From: Eubacteriales bacterium
GTDB lineage: Bacteria > Bacillota > Clostridia > Oscillospirales > CAG-272
DNA: 39,056 nucleotides
Direction: 5' to 3'
NCBI GenBank assembly: GCA_045589215.1
Contig: JAZNOQ010000160.1
Location: 1-39,056 of the forward strand
Shown: positions 17,270-27,366 of the stretch, piece by piece
Position numbering within the stretch: position 1 is the first letter of the stretch
Layout of the letters: the number at the start of each line of letters is the position of its first letter
Translations under genes and position numbers: made by a program
Notes under the pieces: generated by a model
Database searches by the model: none
What the model saw: the letters and a program-made list of their open reading frames with translations, nothing else
Told to the model about the DNA's origin: nothing

Positions 17270-17290
17270 ACCGAAAGGGAGCGTCTCATC

Positions 17291-18814
17291 TTGATACAAA
17301 GTCTTTTCAAAAAATTCAAAGAAGCGCTCACGTCGGTCCTCCCCGTCTCACTCATCGTGATCGCGCTGAGCTTTACACCGCTGATCGATCTCTCGGGGAA
17401 GGAGCTGGGCGTTTTTATCGTCTCATCCGTCCTCCTCATCATCGGCATCGGAATGTTCAACCTCGGTGCGGATATCGCAATGACACCGATGGGGGAGCAG
17501 ATCGGCTCGGGGCTTACCCGCTCGGGCAATATGAAGCTCCTCGTCACGGTCTCCTTCCTGATGGGACTTCTCATCACGGTCGCAGAGCCCGATCTTTCGG
17601 TGCTTGCTTCGCAGGTATCAAAGGTAATGAACGGTACGACCCTGATCCTCGCGGTCGGCGTCGGTGTCGGTCTTTTCCTGCTCCTCTCGGTTTTGAAGAT
17701 CGTTTTTAAGAAGCCCCTTTCATCGATGCTTCTCTTCTTTTATATGATCCTTTTCGCCCTCTCGGCACTCCTTCTGCTCCGCGGAAACGGCGCATTCCTT
17801 GCGCTTTCCTTTGACTCGGGCGGAGTAACGACGGGTCCGATCACCGTTCCCTTCATTATGGCACTCGGCGTCGGCATCTCGTCAGCACTCGGCGGCAAGA
17901 ACTCGGGCGAAAACAGCTTCGGTCTCATCGCGATGTGCTCGATCGGACCGATCCTCGCCGTGATGCTGCTCGGTGCTTTCGTAACGGGTGACATCGGCTA
18001 CACCGTCCCCGATTACACAACGGATATTTCGCTCCTTTCGGTCCTTGAAACCCTCCTACATACCTTGAAGGAGGTCTCGATCGCCCTCGGGCTGATCGTT
18101 GCGTTCTTCATTGTCCTGCAGATCTTCTGCCTGAAGCTTCCCTTAAAGAAGCTCCTGCGCATCGCGGTCGGTATTCTTTATACTTTCGTCGGGCTCGTGG
18201 TATTCCTTACCGTCGTAACGGTCGGCTTTATGCCGATCGGATACAAGATCGGAACAGAGCTTGCATCCTCCCCCTCGTGGATGCTCATCGGATTTGGCTT
18301 CGTGCTCGGAATGGTCGTCGTTCTCGCAGAGCCTGCCGTCCACGTTCTCAACAAGCAGGTCGAGAACATCACCGACGGAACGGTCAGCCGCAAGTCGATG
18401 ATGCTCGCCCTCTCGATCGGTGTCGGCATTTCGATCGGACTTTCGATGCTCCGCATCGTCTTTGATTTCAGCATTCTCTACTATGTGATCCCGGGATATC
18501 TCGTTTCCCTCGGGCTCTCCTTCTTCGTGCCCGGTCTCTATACGGCGATCGCCTTTGACTCGGGCGGCGTCGCGAGCGGTCCTCTGACCTCGGGCTTCAT
18601 TCTTCCCCTTTCGATCGGCGCGTGCTGTGCGCTTCAAGGGGTGAGTGCCGTGATGAACTGCGCATTCGGTATCGTCGCAATGGTCGCGATGACACCTCTG
18701 ATCACGATCCAGCTGCTCGGCTTCAAGGCGGTCCTGTCAAAGCGAGTGAGCGAACGTATCGCAAGAAAGCGCATCCTCGCCGCAGATGACGAGCAGATCA
18801 TCCGCTTCATGTAA
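17291..18814 (+). CDS. DUF1538-family polytopic membrane protein (putative transporter) with internal two-fold repeat
   Basis: TTG start with AAAGGGAG RBS. The two halves share the motif SFDSGGVTTGPITVPFIMALGVG and AFDSGGVASGPLTSGFILPLSIG. More than 10 hydrophobic segments are present. The DUF1538 family name is from memory. Confidence 0.7.
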   Translation: MIQSLFKKFKEALTSVLPVSLIVIALSFTPLIDLSGKELGVFIVSSVLLIIGIGMFNLGADIAMTPMGEQIGSGLTRSGNMKLLVTVSFLMGLLITVAEPDLSVLASQVSKVMNGTTLILAVGVGVGLFLLLSVLKIVFKKPLSSMLLFFYMILFALSALLLLRGNGAFLALSFDSGGVTTGPITVPFIMALGVGISSALGGKNSGENSFGLIAMCSIGPILAVMLLGAFVTGDIGYTVPDYTTDISLLSVLETLLHTLKEVSIALGLIVAFFIVLQIFCLKLPLKKLLRIAVGILYTFVGLVVFLTVVTVGFMPIGYKIGTELASSPSWMLIGFGFVLGMVVVLAEPAVHVLNKQVENITDGTVSRKSMMLALSIGVGISIGLSMLRIVFDFSILYYVIPGYLVSLGLSFFVPGLYTAIAFDSGGVASGPLTSGFILPLSIGACCALQGVSAVMNCAFGIVAMVAMTPLITIQLLGFKAVLSKRVSERIARKRILAADDEQIIRFM

Positions 18815-18882
18815 GGCGAGAAGGAACAGCATCCGATATTCAAAACTTTTTACCGCCCAGAAGCGGCGGGATGGAGAACAAT

Positions 18883-19275
18883 ATGAAAAAAGCATCCACA
18901 AAGCACACGGAAAAGCAAGCGGCAGCAGCACCGCCGATCGCGCCCGAAAAGCTCCAGCTTCTCGTCACGGTCGTCAATCGCGAAAAGGCTGAATTTTATA
19001 CCGACCTGCTTCACTCCTTTGAGATCAATCTGCAGCTCTCCCTTTCGGCATCGGGCACGGCAAGCACGGAGATGCTGAATCTTCTCGGACTTTCCGACAA
19101 TGAAAAAAGCGTCCTTCTCAGCGTGATCCGCGAGGACCGTGCCGAGGCAGCGCTTGCTATGCTGGACGAAAAATTCCGAACCATAAGAAACGGAAAGGGC
19201 ATCGCCTACACGATCCCGATGACGGGTACGATCGGCGTTGCGATCTACCGTTTTCTCGCGAACATTCCCGCATAA
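18883..19275 (+). CDS. divergent PII-like (GlnB-fold) protein
   Basis: LQLLVTVVNREKAEFYTDLL...SVLLSVIREDRAEAALAMLDEKF has a beta-alpha-beta periodicity like PII. GGAG lies 6 nt upstream of the ATG at 18883. A start at 18871 is also possible. Confidence 0.55.
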   Translation: MKKASTKHTEKQAAAAPPIAPEKLQLLVTVVNREKAEFYTDLLHSFEINLQLSLSASGTASTEMLNLLGLSDNEKSVLLSVIREDRAEAALAMLDEKFRTIRNGKGIAYTIPMTGTIGVAIYRFLANIPA

Positions 19276-19302
19276 ATCCGAAAGAAGAAAGAAGGCTCTC
19301 TT

Positions 19303-19644
19303 ATGAAATTTACACACGAAGTCATATTCTGTATCGTCAACGCGGGATACTCCGACGCGGTCATGGACGCGGCAAAGGAGCTTGGCGCGAGGGGCGGTAC
19401 GATCATTCACGCGCGCGGAACGGCAAACCGCGAAGCCGAAACGATCTTCGGGATCACGGTACAGCCCGAAAAGGAGATCGTGATGATCCTCGTTCCCTCG
19501 GCGATCAAGGACGATATCCTTCACGCGCTTTACAAAAAGGTAGGGCTCGAGACTCCCGGTCAGGGAATCGCCTTTTCGCTCCCCGTCGACAAGGTCGTCG
19601 GCATCTCGGAGCAGACCGCGCCGAAAACAGACGCCGCGCAGTAA
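19303..19644 (+). CDS. PII-family signal-transduction protein
   Basis: VIFCIVNAGYSDAVMDAAKELGARGGTIIHARG...EKEIVMILVPSAIKDDILHALYKK...GQGIAFSLPVDKVVG matches the PII fold pattern, with a T-loop-like segment. Confidence 0.7.
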   Translation: MKFTHEVIFCIVNAGYSDAVMDAAKELGARGGTIIHARGTANREAETIFGITVQPEKEIVMILVPSAIKDDILHALYKKVGLETPGQGIAFSLPVDKVVGISEQTAPKTDAAQ

Positions 19645-19706
19645 CGGACAAAGAAAGGCCGCCCCACTCATGTGAGACAGCCTGTGCTTCACTTGATACA
19701 CCTCGG

Positions 19707-20366
19707 TTAGAGCATTTCGCGGGTCAGAATACGGTACAACGCCTCGGTGTCATCGACAACTGCGATCGCACCCGCCGCGTTAAGCTCTGCGTGCGCTCCG
19801 TAGCCCCATGACACACCGACACACGGAATTCCGTGCTTTTTCGCACCCAGCACATCGAACGCAGTATCCCCGATCATCACGGCATTCGCCTTCGGGCGAT
19901 CCTTCCCGATCTCCTCAAAAAGATGCGTGATGACCTGATCCTTCGTATCGATCCTTCCGTCGAGCGACGCGCCCGCGATACGGCTGAAATACCGCGCAAG
20001 ACCGAAGTGCTGCAGGATCTCGACCGAGATCCCTTCGGGCTTCGACGTTGCAACGTACAAACCGTACCCCTCTTCATAAAGACGCGCGAGCAAGGACTCG
20101 ATCCCGCGATAGATGCGGCATTCGTATTTTCCCACCGAAAAATAGCGGCTTCTGTATATCTTCATCGCGTTTTCGATCTCCCCCTCGGGCACTCCGCTTT
20201 CACGGAAGGATTCCCGAAGCGGCGGGCCGATAAAGCGGTTTTCTCCGTCACCGTCGGGGACTGCAATCCCGTAATGCCCGAGGACGAGCTTCACGCTATT
20301 GATCACTCCCTCGCGTGAGTCGGTCAGAGTACCATCGAGATCAAATAAGAAAAAACGGTCTTGCAT
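19707..20366 (-). CDS. HAD-superfamily hydrolase, phosphoglycolate-phosphatase-like
   Basis: FLFDLDGTLTDS is HAD motif I. ATSKP and MIGDTAFDVLGA are motifs II-IV. Confidence 0.8.
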   Translation of the reverse strand: MQDRFFLFDLDGTLTDSREGVINSVKLVLGHYGIAVPDGDGENRFIGPPLRESFRESGVPEGEIENAMKIYRSRYFSVGKYECRIYRGIESLLARLYEEGYGLYVATSKPEGISVEILQHFGLARYFSRIAGASLDGRIDTKDQVITHLFEEIGKDRPKANAVMIGDTAFDVLGAKKHGIPCVGVSWGYGAHAELNAAGAIAVVDDTEALYRILTREML

Positions 20367-20493
20367 ATTACACCTCTGTTTCTGTTGTTCGATATATTCC
20401 CGAAAACGGTCTTTCTATGATTATACCCCTTTCGCGCGGCGGTGTCAAGCACTGACCACAAAAAACACAAAAAACGAAAGAGCATCCGCACCT

Positions 20494-21540
20494 ATGAAAT
20501 TATCTCCCTTAACCTTCGGAAAGGGCGAAACCGCCGTTTCTCTTCCCTATGCTCTGATGCTCGCGCCGATGGCGGGAATCACCGATCACCCCTTCCGCGC
20601 CCTCTCAAGAGCCTGCGGCGCGTCCTATACGGTGACCGAAATGGTCTCCGCGAAGGCGCTCGTTTATGCGAAGCGCAAAAAACGCAAAACCGAATCACAT
20701 TCGCAGACCGCCCCTCTTGCCGCGACCTACTGTGACGAATCCCCTGCCGCCGTTCAGCTTTTCGGCTCGGAGCCCGAATTCCTCGCAGAGGCGGCGCGTA
20801 TGATCGAAAGCGGCGAATATGACGGATGCATCCGTGAATGTCCACCTGCGGCGATCGACATCAACATGGGCTGTCCGATGGCAAAGGTCACGGGAAACGG
20901 TGAAGGAAGCGCACTTCTTTCAGATCCGCGCCTCTGCGCCGAGATCGTAAGCGCCGTTGAGAAGGCGACATGTCTCCCCGTGACGGTCAAGCTCCGTCTC
21001 GGTTGGTCGCAGGAATCGATCACCGCCCCCGAGGTTGCGCGTGCCGTCGAAAGCGCAGGCGCGTCGCTGATCGCAGTCCACGGCAGAACGCGGCAGCAGT
21101 TCTATTCCCCCGGCGTAAGCCTTGATGGGATCCGAAGCGTCAAGGAGGCAGTTTCGATCCCCGTCATCGGAAACGGAGACATCTTCTCGGCAGAGGATGC
21201 CCTTCGTATGCTTGACGAAACGGGCTGTGACGGCCTCATGATCGCGAGAGGTGCGATGGGAAACCCGTGGCTCTTCTCGGAGATCCTCGCAAGCGTGCGC
21301 GGAGAGGACTTCACTCCGCCCCCCTTCCCCGAACGGCTTGACGTAGCCCTCGCGCAGGTCATCCGTATGATCGAGGAAAAGGGTGAGCGCACGGGACTTT
21401 CCGAGGGGAAGAAGCATCTTGCCGCATATGTAAAGAACGTTCGCGGTGCGGCGGAATTCCGCGGCAGGATCATGACGGCAGTCCGTCTTTCCGAGGTCGC
21501 GGCGCTCTTTGAAGAGATCAAGGCCTCGGAAGAGGTCTGA
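20494..21540 (+). CDS. dusB: tRNA-dihydrouridine synthase
   Basis: From the ATG at 20494: LAPMAGITDHPFR...AIDINMGCPMAKV...VTVKLRLGW...IAVHGRTRQQ...IGNGDI are Dus family motifs. The upstream part of the track ORF overlaps the HAD gene and is rejected. Confidence 0.88.
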   Translation: MKLSPLTFGKGETAVSLPYALMLAPMAGITDHPFRALSRACGASYTVTEMVSAKALVYAKRKKRKTESHSQTAPLAATYCDESPAAVQLFGSEPEFLAEAARMIESGEYDGCIRECPPAAIDINMGCPMAKVTGNGEGSALLSDPRLCAEIVSAVEKATCLPVTVKLRLGWSQESITAPEVARAVESAGASLIAVHGRTRQQFYSPGVSLDGIRSVKEAVSIPVIGNGDIFSAEDALRMLDETGCDGLMIARGAMGNPWLFSEILASVRGEDFTPPPFPERLDVALAQVIRMIEEKGERTGLSEGKKHLAAYVKNVRGAAEFRGRIMTAVRLSEVAALFEEIKASEEV

Positions 21541-21580
21541 ACATAACACATAAATGCACGTATAAAGAGAAAGGATACTT

Positions 21581-22714
21581 ATGAATCAGACACCCATTCC
21601 GCAAAAACATATACCTCCGCGCCGTCAGGATGCGGATAGTCAAACGGTCTCCCGCAAAAAGAAAACGGGGGGCGGCATTTCAGACCGCGCATATTGGTTC
21701 GCGCTCCTCATCTCTGCGTCTTCCTTTGTTCTTGCCGTTCTCCTTATCCTCACCGCATTCATAAATCCGAGCAAAGCACCCGCGGAAACGACCGATGAAA
21801 CGTCAGATCCTTCCGAAAGTGAGCCCTCTGCAAGCGTCGCCGTGACCTATCCGACCTCCCCGTCGCGTGACAGCTATCTCCTCTCGGAAAACGGAGACAC
21901 GATCGACGGAAGCCTGCTGTCTGCCGACTTCGCGATCCTCGTCTCCCTCTCTGATTACAGCGTCGTCGCGTCACTCGACGCCGACGCGCGTATTTATCCT
22001 GCCTCTATGACGAAGATCATGACCCTCATCGTCGCGTGCGAAACGATCAAGGACGCATCGGTCATTCTTACCGTCTCCGAAGAGGTGATGGAATATTGCC
22101 GCGATAACGATGCAACCGTTCTTGCCTCCGATCCGTTGGACCGATTTACCGCAACCGATATGCTCTACGGTGTCGGCGTGGTATCTGCGGCGGATGCCTG
22201 CATCACGCTTGCAAACCACATTGCGGGGTCAGAGGCGGAGTTCGTTAAGCTGATGAACGCAAAGGCTACATCCCTCGGACTTACAAAAACGAATTTTGCA
22301 AACTCCACGGGGCTTGACGACAAGAACAATTACTCGACCGCACGTGAGATGGCAACGATCCTCTCCTACGCGCTCGACAATCCCTTCTGCCGCGAGATCC
22401 TCTCGACCGACAACAGAACCGTCCTCGGCTACTACGATATGGACGGCGAGGAAAAGACCTACAACAGGCAGCTTTACAACACCCTTTGGAACCGTCTTTC
22501 GGATGCGGGGTATGAAAAAAAGATCCCTGCAAAGCTCTCCTGCGGTATGACGCTGCTCGGTGCAAAGACGGGCTACACCGACGAGGGCGGCTACTGTCTT
22601 GCATCCTTCCTTGAAGACGAAAGCGGAAAGCTCTACGTTACGGTCACCGCAATGGGAGAAAAGGTCGGCACGTCGATCACCGATATGGAGAAGATCCTGA
22701 ATGAGCACGGCTGA
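21581..22714 (+). CDS. serine-type D-Ala-D-Ala carboxypeptidase (PBP5/S11 family) with an N-terminal TM anchor
   Basis: The SxxK motif is PASMTKIMT. The KTG triad is GAKTGYT. The SxN region reads VVSAADA and is less clear. An N-terminal membrane anchor and a low-complexity linker are present. Confidence 0.75.
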   Translation: MNQTPIPQKHIPPRRQDADSQTVSRKKKTGGGISDRAYWFALLISASSFVLAVLLILTAFINPSKAPAETTDETSDPSESEPSASVAVTYPTSPSRDSYLLSENGDTIDGSLLSADFAILVSLSDYSVVASLDADARIYPASMTKIMTLIVACETIKDASVILTVSEEVMEYCRDNDATVLASDPLDRFTATDMLYGVGVVSAADACITLANHIAGSEAEFVKLMNAKATSLGLTKTNFANSTGLDDKNNYSTAREMATILSYALDNPFCREILSTDNRTVLGYYDMDGEEKTYNRQLYNTLWNRLSDAGYEKKIPAKLSCGMTLLGAKTGYTDEGGYCLASFLEDESGKLYVTVTAMGEKVGTSITDMEKILNEHG

Positions 22715-22733
22715 CACCACGGATACAAAAAGA

Positions 22734-22766
22734 GATCGGATCAACAGAGATCCGATCCCTTTTTTG
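22734..22766. terminator. bidirectional terminator between the convergent carboxypeptidase gene and dnaE
   Basis: Stem gatcggatc/gatccgatc (22734-22742 / 22749-22757) is flanked by aaaaag upstream and ccttttttgtttt downstream. Confidence 0.8.
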
Positions 22767-22768
22767 TT

Positions 22769-25700
22769 TTAGCGGAAAACTACGTTGTCTTTTCCGAGGA
22801 TCCGTTCGATCTCCCGTCGCACGTAATCGCTCATCGCGACACCGTGGGGATACGGGGTGTAAGCCTTCGTCGAACCGTCGTAGACGATCACGGGGAAGCT
22901 CCCGTCATCGAAAATTTCGAGGAGGTTTGAGACCTTAAGATAAGCCTCACACGTGAGATTTTCAAAGCGCAGATAGACCTTCGATACGGGCTTTTCTGCG
23001 CCGCTTGGATGTGCGGATGCCTTCGACTGCGGCTGTGTCCGCACGTCGGAGGATCGCTCCCCGCCTCGCTCTGCCTGATGCGCAACCGTACCCGCGGGTG
23101 GTCTCTTTTCCTGCCGTGCGGAGCTTTCGCTGTATCTACCGTCCTCTACCAGCGGTGTCACGCGTGAAACAAGGATCTTCGCCCTTTCTCCTTCTCCGAG
23201 TGAAAGATTTCCCTCCACGTAAAGTGCCGCATCCTGCACGGCGAGCTGTCCGAATGCCTCGTATTGACGTGGGAAAAGCAGGCATTCGATGTCGTGGTAA
23301 CGATCCTCGAGCGTAAAGAACGCCATCTGTTGATCCTTTTTCGTCATCTTCTTCGTCAAAGAAGAAATGACACCCGCAACGCACACGCTCTGCTTATCGG
23401 GGAAATCCGCATCCTCGCGTGTAAGTGCGCCGATATCGTCCACGGACAGTGCGGCGATATGCTTTCCATAGCTGTCGAGCAGATGCCCCGAGAAATACAT
23501 TCCCGAGCTTTCCTTTTCCTGTAGGAGCTTTTCTCTGACGCTGAATTCAGGCAGGTCGGGATAGGTGAAGCCGACGGGTGCGGAGGCGGTCTCTGCGGTC
23601 TCCGTCATCATCGAAAACATATCGATCTGTCCCGCAACACCGCCGCGGTTCTTATCCTGCACAAGATCGATCAGTCGCTCATAGGATGAGAGAAGCTGAC
23701 TTCTGTACACGCCGAGGCGGTCGAACGCCCCCGACTTGATCAGCGAATCGACCATTCTCCGATTGAGGTCGACCGTCGCCATCCGCTCGACGAAATCCTC
23801 AAAGGAGCGGAAGGGCGCGCGCCGCCGTTCGTCCATCATCGCGCGGACGAACTGCTGTCCGACGTTACGGAGCGCGAGTAGTCCAAAGCGGATATTTCCG
23901 CCGCTGACCGTAAAGTGCATACGGCTTTCATTGATGTCGGGCGGCAGAACAGAGATCCCCATTTTCTGCGCCTCGGCAATATACTCGGCGATCTTTTCGG
24001 CGTTCCCAAGTACCGAGGTGAGCAGTGCCGCGAGGTATTCTTGCGGATGGTGCGCCTTCAGATACGCCGTACGGAAGGAGAGGACGGCGTACGCCGCCGC
24101 GTGGCTCTTGTTGAATGCGTAATTCGCAAAGGAGGACATATCGTCAAAGAGCTTACTTGCCTTCTCTGCAGAAACGCCGCGCTCCTCCGCGCCCTTTAAG
24201 AATGCATCGCGCTCCGCCTCCATCACATCGTGCTTTTTCTTCGACATCGCACGGCGCACGATATCCGCGTGACCGAAGGTGTATCCCGCGACCTCGCGGA
24301 AGATCTGCATCACCTGCTCCTGATATACGACGCATCCATAGGTCGAGCGCAGGATCGGCTCAAGGCACGGAATATCGTATCGGATCGTTTCGGGGTGATG
24401 CCGCCCTTCGATATATTTCGGGATCGAATCCATCGGTCCCGGGCGGTAAAGAGCGATCGCCGCGATGATATCGTCGATCGAATCGGGGGCAAAGCTCACG
24501 AGCGTCTGCCGCATCCCCGCCGATTCAAGCTGAAACACCCCGAGGGTATTGCCCGACGAGATCAGACGGTAGGTATCGGGATCGTCAAAATCGACCGCTT
24601 CAAGTGAAAAATCGGGGGTGTGCTCGCGGATCATCTCCTCTGCATCGTGCAGGATCGTGAGATAGCGAAGCCCGAGGAAATCGAATTTCAGAAGTCCGAG
24701 CTTCGCAACAGTATCCATATCGTACTGCGTGATCACAACGTCTCCGCTCATCGACTGCGGCACGTACTCGGAGATCGGCTTTGAGGTGATCACAACGCCC
24801 GCCGCGTGGATCGAAACGTTTCGCGGCATTCCTTCGAGCATTGCGGCGGTATCAACAAGCCTCTGCACCGCCTCGGAGGACTCGTAAAGCACCTTCAAGT
24901 CGGGCATTTTGAGAGCGTCCGCGATCGTGATCCCAAGCTCTCTGGGGATCGCACGGGCGACGGCATCGACCTCCCCGTAGGACATTCCCATCACACGTCC
25001 CGTGTCACGGATCGCTGCGCGTGCCGCGAGCGTACCGAAGGTAATGATCTGCGACACATGGTCCTGTCCGTACCGCTCGGTGACGTACCTTATCACCTCG
25101 TCTCTGCGGTTGTAGCAGAAATCAACGTCAATATCGGGCATACTGACGCGTTCGGGATTGAGAAAGCGCTCGAACAGAAGGTCAAACCGAAGCGGATCGA
25201 CGTCTGTGATCGACAAAAGATACGCGACAAGGCTTCCCGCCCCCGAGCCTCTGCCGGGGCCGACGGGGATGGCCGCCTTCTTCGCAAAATTGACGTAATC
25301 CTGCACGATCAGGAAATATTCGGCGTACCCCATTTCATTGATCACGGACAGCTCGTAATCCATCCGCGCGCGGTAATCCTCTTCCTTGTAGCCCCTCGAC
25401 GGGATCACACCGCTTTCCTTACGCGCCTTGAAGCCCGCAAGCGCGAGAAAGCGCAGGTAGGATGCGGCATCCATTCCCCCGGGGATCTGAAAGGTCGGGA
25501 GATAAAGGTGGTCAAAATCAAAGTCAAACGAGCATCGCTCTGCGATCTTCACCGTGTTTTCAAGCGCACCCGGGATCTTTCCGAACAGCATCCGCATTTC
25601 GGTCGAATCCTTATAGTAAAATTCGTCGGTCGCAAAGCCCGAGGGGCGACCGTCCGCAAGCGTTGTTCCCGTCTGAATGCACATCAGGGTCGCTTGCGTG

Positions 25701-26368
25701 TCGGCATCCTTCCGTCTGAGATAGTGGCAATCGTTCGTCGCAACCACGGGCAGTCCCGCGTTTTCAGCAAGGCTGACAAGCGACGAAAGAAGCTGCTCCT
25801 CCTCGGCAAGCCCGTGGTTCTGAATTTCAATAAAGAAATTTCCTTCTCCGAAGAGACGCGACATTTCCATCGCCTCACGCTCGGCACCCGTAAAATCTCC
25901 CGCCGAAAGGAGACGCGGGATCTTTCCCGCAATACAGCCCGAAAGAGCGATCAAGCCCTCGTGATAGCGTTCGAGCAGCTCCTTATCGACACGCGGACGG
26001 CTGTAAAAGCCCTCGGTAAAGCCGCGCGACACAAGCTGCATCAGGTTGTGATATCCAACTGCGTTTTCGCACAGAAGCACAAGATGGTGATAATTCGCCT
26101 CCCCCGCGTTGCCTCTGTCAAAGCGCGAGCGCGGCGCGACGTAGACCTCACATCCGATGATCGGCTTTACCCCTGCGTCGCGGCAGGCACGGTAAAACGC
26201 TACCGCGCCGTAGAGCACGCCGTGGTCAGTGATCGCAACCGCCGTGTGTCCGCACTCCTTCACGCGCGCGGGAATATCGGCGATGCGGCAGGCACCGTCG
26301 AGCAGACTGTATTCCGAGTGAAGATGCAAATGGACGAAATCCCCCGTCCTTTGTGCCGTTTCCGTCAT
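22769..26368 (-). CDS. dnaE: DNA polymerase III subunit alpha (DnaE type)
   Basis: The PHP domain reads FVHLHLHSEYSLLDGA. Other blocks are PGRGSGAGSLVAYLL, PDIDVDF, FNKSHAAAYA and a C-terminal OB region. Length is 1199 aa. Confidence 0.95.
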   Translation of the reverse strand: MTETAQRTGDFVHLHLHSEYSLLDGACRIADIPARVKECGHTAVAITDHGVLYGAVAFYRACRDAGVKPIIGCEVYVAPRSRFDRGNAGEANYHHLVLLCENAVGYHNLMQLVSRGFTEGFYSRPRVDKELLERYHEGLIALSGCIAGKIPRLLSAGDFTGAEREAMEMSRLFGEGNFFIEIQNHGLAEEEQLLSSLVSLAENAGLPVVATNDCHYLRRKDADTQATLMCIQTGTTLADGRPSGFATDEFYYKDSTEMRMLFGKIPGALENTVKIAERCSFDFDFDHLYLPTFQIPGGMDAASYLRFLALAGFKARKESGVIPSRGYKEEDYRARMDYELSVINEMGYAEYFLIVQDYVNFAKKAAIPVGPGRGSGAGSLVAYLLSITDVDPLRFDLLFERFLNPERVSMPDIDVDFCYNRRDEVIRYVTERYGQDHVSQIITFGTLAARAAIRDTGRVMGMSYGEVDAVARAIPRELGITIADALKMPDLKVLYESSEAVQRLVDTAAMLEGMPRNVSIHAAGVVITSKPISEYVPQSMSGDVVITQYDMDTVAKLGLLKFDFLGLRYLTILHDAEEMIREHTPDFSLEAVDFDDPDTYRLISSGNTLGVFQLESAGMRQTLVSFAPDSIDDIIAAIALYRPGPMDSIPKYIEGRHHPETIRYDIPCLEPILRSTYGCVVYQEQVMQIFREVAGYTFGHADIVRRAMSKKKHDVMEAERDAFLKGAEERGVSAEKASKLFDDMSSFANYAFNKSHAAAYAVLSFRTAYLKAHHPQEYLAALLTSVLGNAEKIAEYIAEAQKMGISVLPPDINESRMHFTVSGGNIRFGLLALRNVGQQFVRAMMDERRRAPFRSFEDFVERMATVDLNRRMVDSLIKSGAFDRLGVYRSQLLSSYERLIDLVQDKNRGGVAGQIDMFSMMTETAETASAPVGFTYPDLPEFSVREKLLQEKESSGMYFSGHLLDSYGKHIAALSVDDIGALTREDADFPDKQSVCVAGVISSLTKKMTKKDQQMAFFTLEDRYHDIECLLFPRQYEAFGQLAVQDAALYVEGNLSLGEGERAKILVSRVTPLVEDGRYSESSARQEKRPPAGTVAHQAERGGERSSDVRTQPQSKASAHPSGAEKPVSKVYLRFENLTCEAYLKVSNLLEIFDDGSFPVIVYDGSTKAYTPYPHGVAMSDYVRREIERILGKDNVVFR

Positions 26369-26409
26369 TTTCCGTGCTCCTTTCCGATCAAGCGTCTGCG
26401 GGCAGAGGC

Positions 26410-27366
26410 TTACTCTTCTCCCCCGTCGCCCTTTTGTGCGGCATCCGCCTCGATTTCGCGTGCCGCCTCCATGATACGCCTGAGGCGATTGTTCAGCCCC
26501 GATTTCGTAATCGGCGGAACGTGCCGTGCCGCAAGCTTTGAAAGGCTGTCATCGTCATATTCAAGGCGCAAAACCGCCGTCTCGCGCAGCTCTGCGGGAA
26601 GACGCTCGATCTCCCCCGAGAGAAAAAGCACCTTGACCGCCTCGATCTGTACAAGGGCGGCGTTGACCGTTTTCTCAAGATTTTTCATTTCGCAGTTTGT
26701 GAGACGGTTTTCCGATACTCGGATCTGCCGTTCGATCTGCTTGTCCGCGATCGCAAAATAAAATCCGTTTTCTCCGATAAGCGAGAAAAACTCCCCGATC
26801 AGCGTGCTTTTTTTATAGTATAGTCCGATCTTATCCCGCCGCGTGACCCGTCTCGGTGGCTCACCGTCCTCCGAAAGGAGAGATGCGACCGCGTCCGCAC
26901 GCGCAGGCGGAAGCCTGAACTCAAGATGAAACGCGGTCTCGGGATCGCTGATGCTGCCGCTTCCGAGAAAGATCCCGCGAAAAAACGCCGCACGGCATTC
27001 GGGGCATTTTAGGGATAGCACCTCGCGCCGAAGTCCGAGATCCTCGGGGAGCGGAGCTTCCACGCCGCGCAGGAATTTTGACACGGGCTTTGACGAAAAC
27101 GTGATCGAATAGGTCTTATGCCCGGGGCGGCTTCCGCAATTGATCTCTGCGTCGCGCCCGAAGCGCAGCTTCAGAAGTCGCTGCGCAAGCTCTGCTACCC
27201 CCTCGTGTTCGGTGCGGAAGATCAGAAACTCCTCGTCTCTCGCGGCGGTCTCTGCGGGAAGTCTTTCAACACCAAGAAGAAGTCCGCAGGCAAGCGCACG
27301 GCTACAGCAGACCTTCTTCGGCTCGTTTGCGAGGATGGTATTTTTTAACGTGTCCGAATAACTCAA
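26410..27366 (-). CDS. whiA: DNA-binding sporulation/cell-division regulator WhiA
   Basis: CCSRALACGLLL..., FFRGIFLGSGSISDP (LAGLIDADG-like) and a C-terminal HTH (LSKLAARH...PITKSGLNNRLRRI) give the WhiA layout. Confidence 0.88.
   Translation of the reverse strand: MSYSDTLKNTILANEPKKVCCSRALACGLLLGVERLPAETAARDEEFLIFRTEHEGVAELAQRLLKLRFGRDAEINCGSRPGHKTYSITFSSKPVSKFLRGVEAPLPEDLGLRREVLSLKCPECRAAFFRGIFLGSGSISDPETAFHLEFRLPPARADAVASLLSEDGEPPRRVTRRDKIGLYYKKSTLIGEFFSLIGENGFYFAIADKQIERQIRVSENRLTNCEMKNLEKTVNAALVQIEAVKVLFLSGEIERLPAELRETAVLRLEYDDDSLSKLAARHVPPITKSGLNNRLRRIMEAAREIEADAAQKGDGGEE

Noticed and set aside
16834-17709. 291-aa plus-strand ORF in an alternative frame across the small membrane protein and the DUF1538 start
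   Set aside because: It is an out-of-frame overlap with two ORFs that have RBSs and coherent hydrophobic profiles. The product is Arg/Pro/Ser-rich junk.
19667-19681. 12-13-nt identity (tgtgagacagcc) shared with the palindrome at 16060-16073
   Set aside because: Dozens of 12-mer matches are expected by chance in 39 kb on both strands. No extended similarity or convincing hairpin exists at 19.67 kb.
24806-26761. 651-aa plus-strand ORF, plus 23005..24607 and other plus-strand ORFs
   Set aside because: These are antisense to dnaE and whiA, which carry canonical motifs. The products are Arg/His/Ser-rich low-complexity sequence typical of shadow ORFs in GC-rich DNA.
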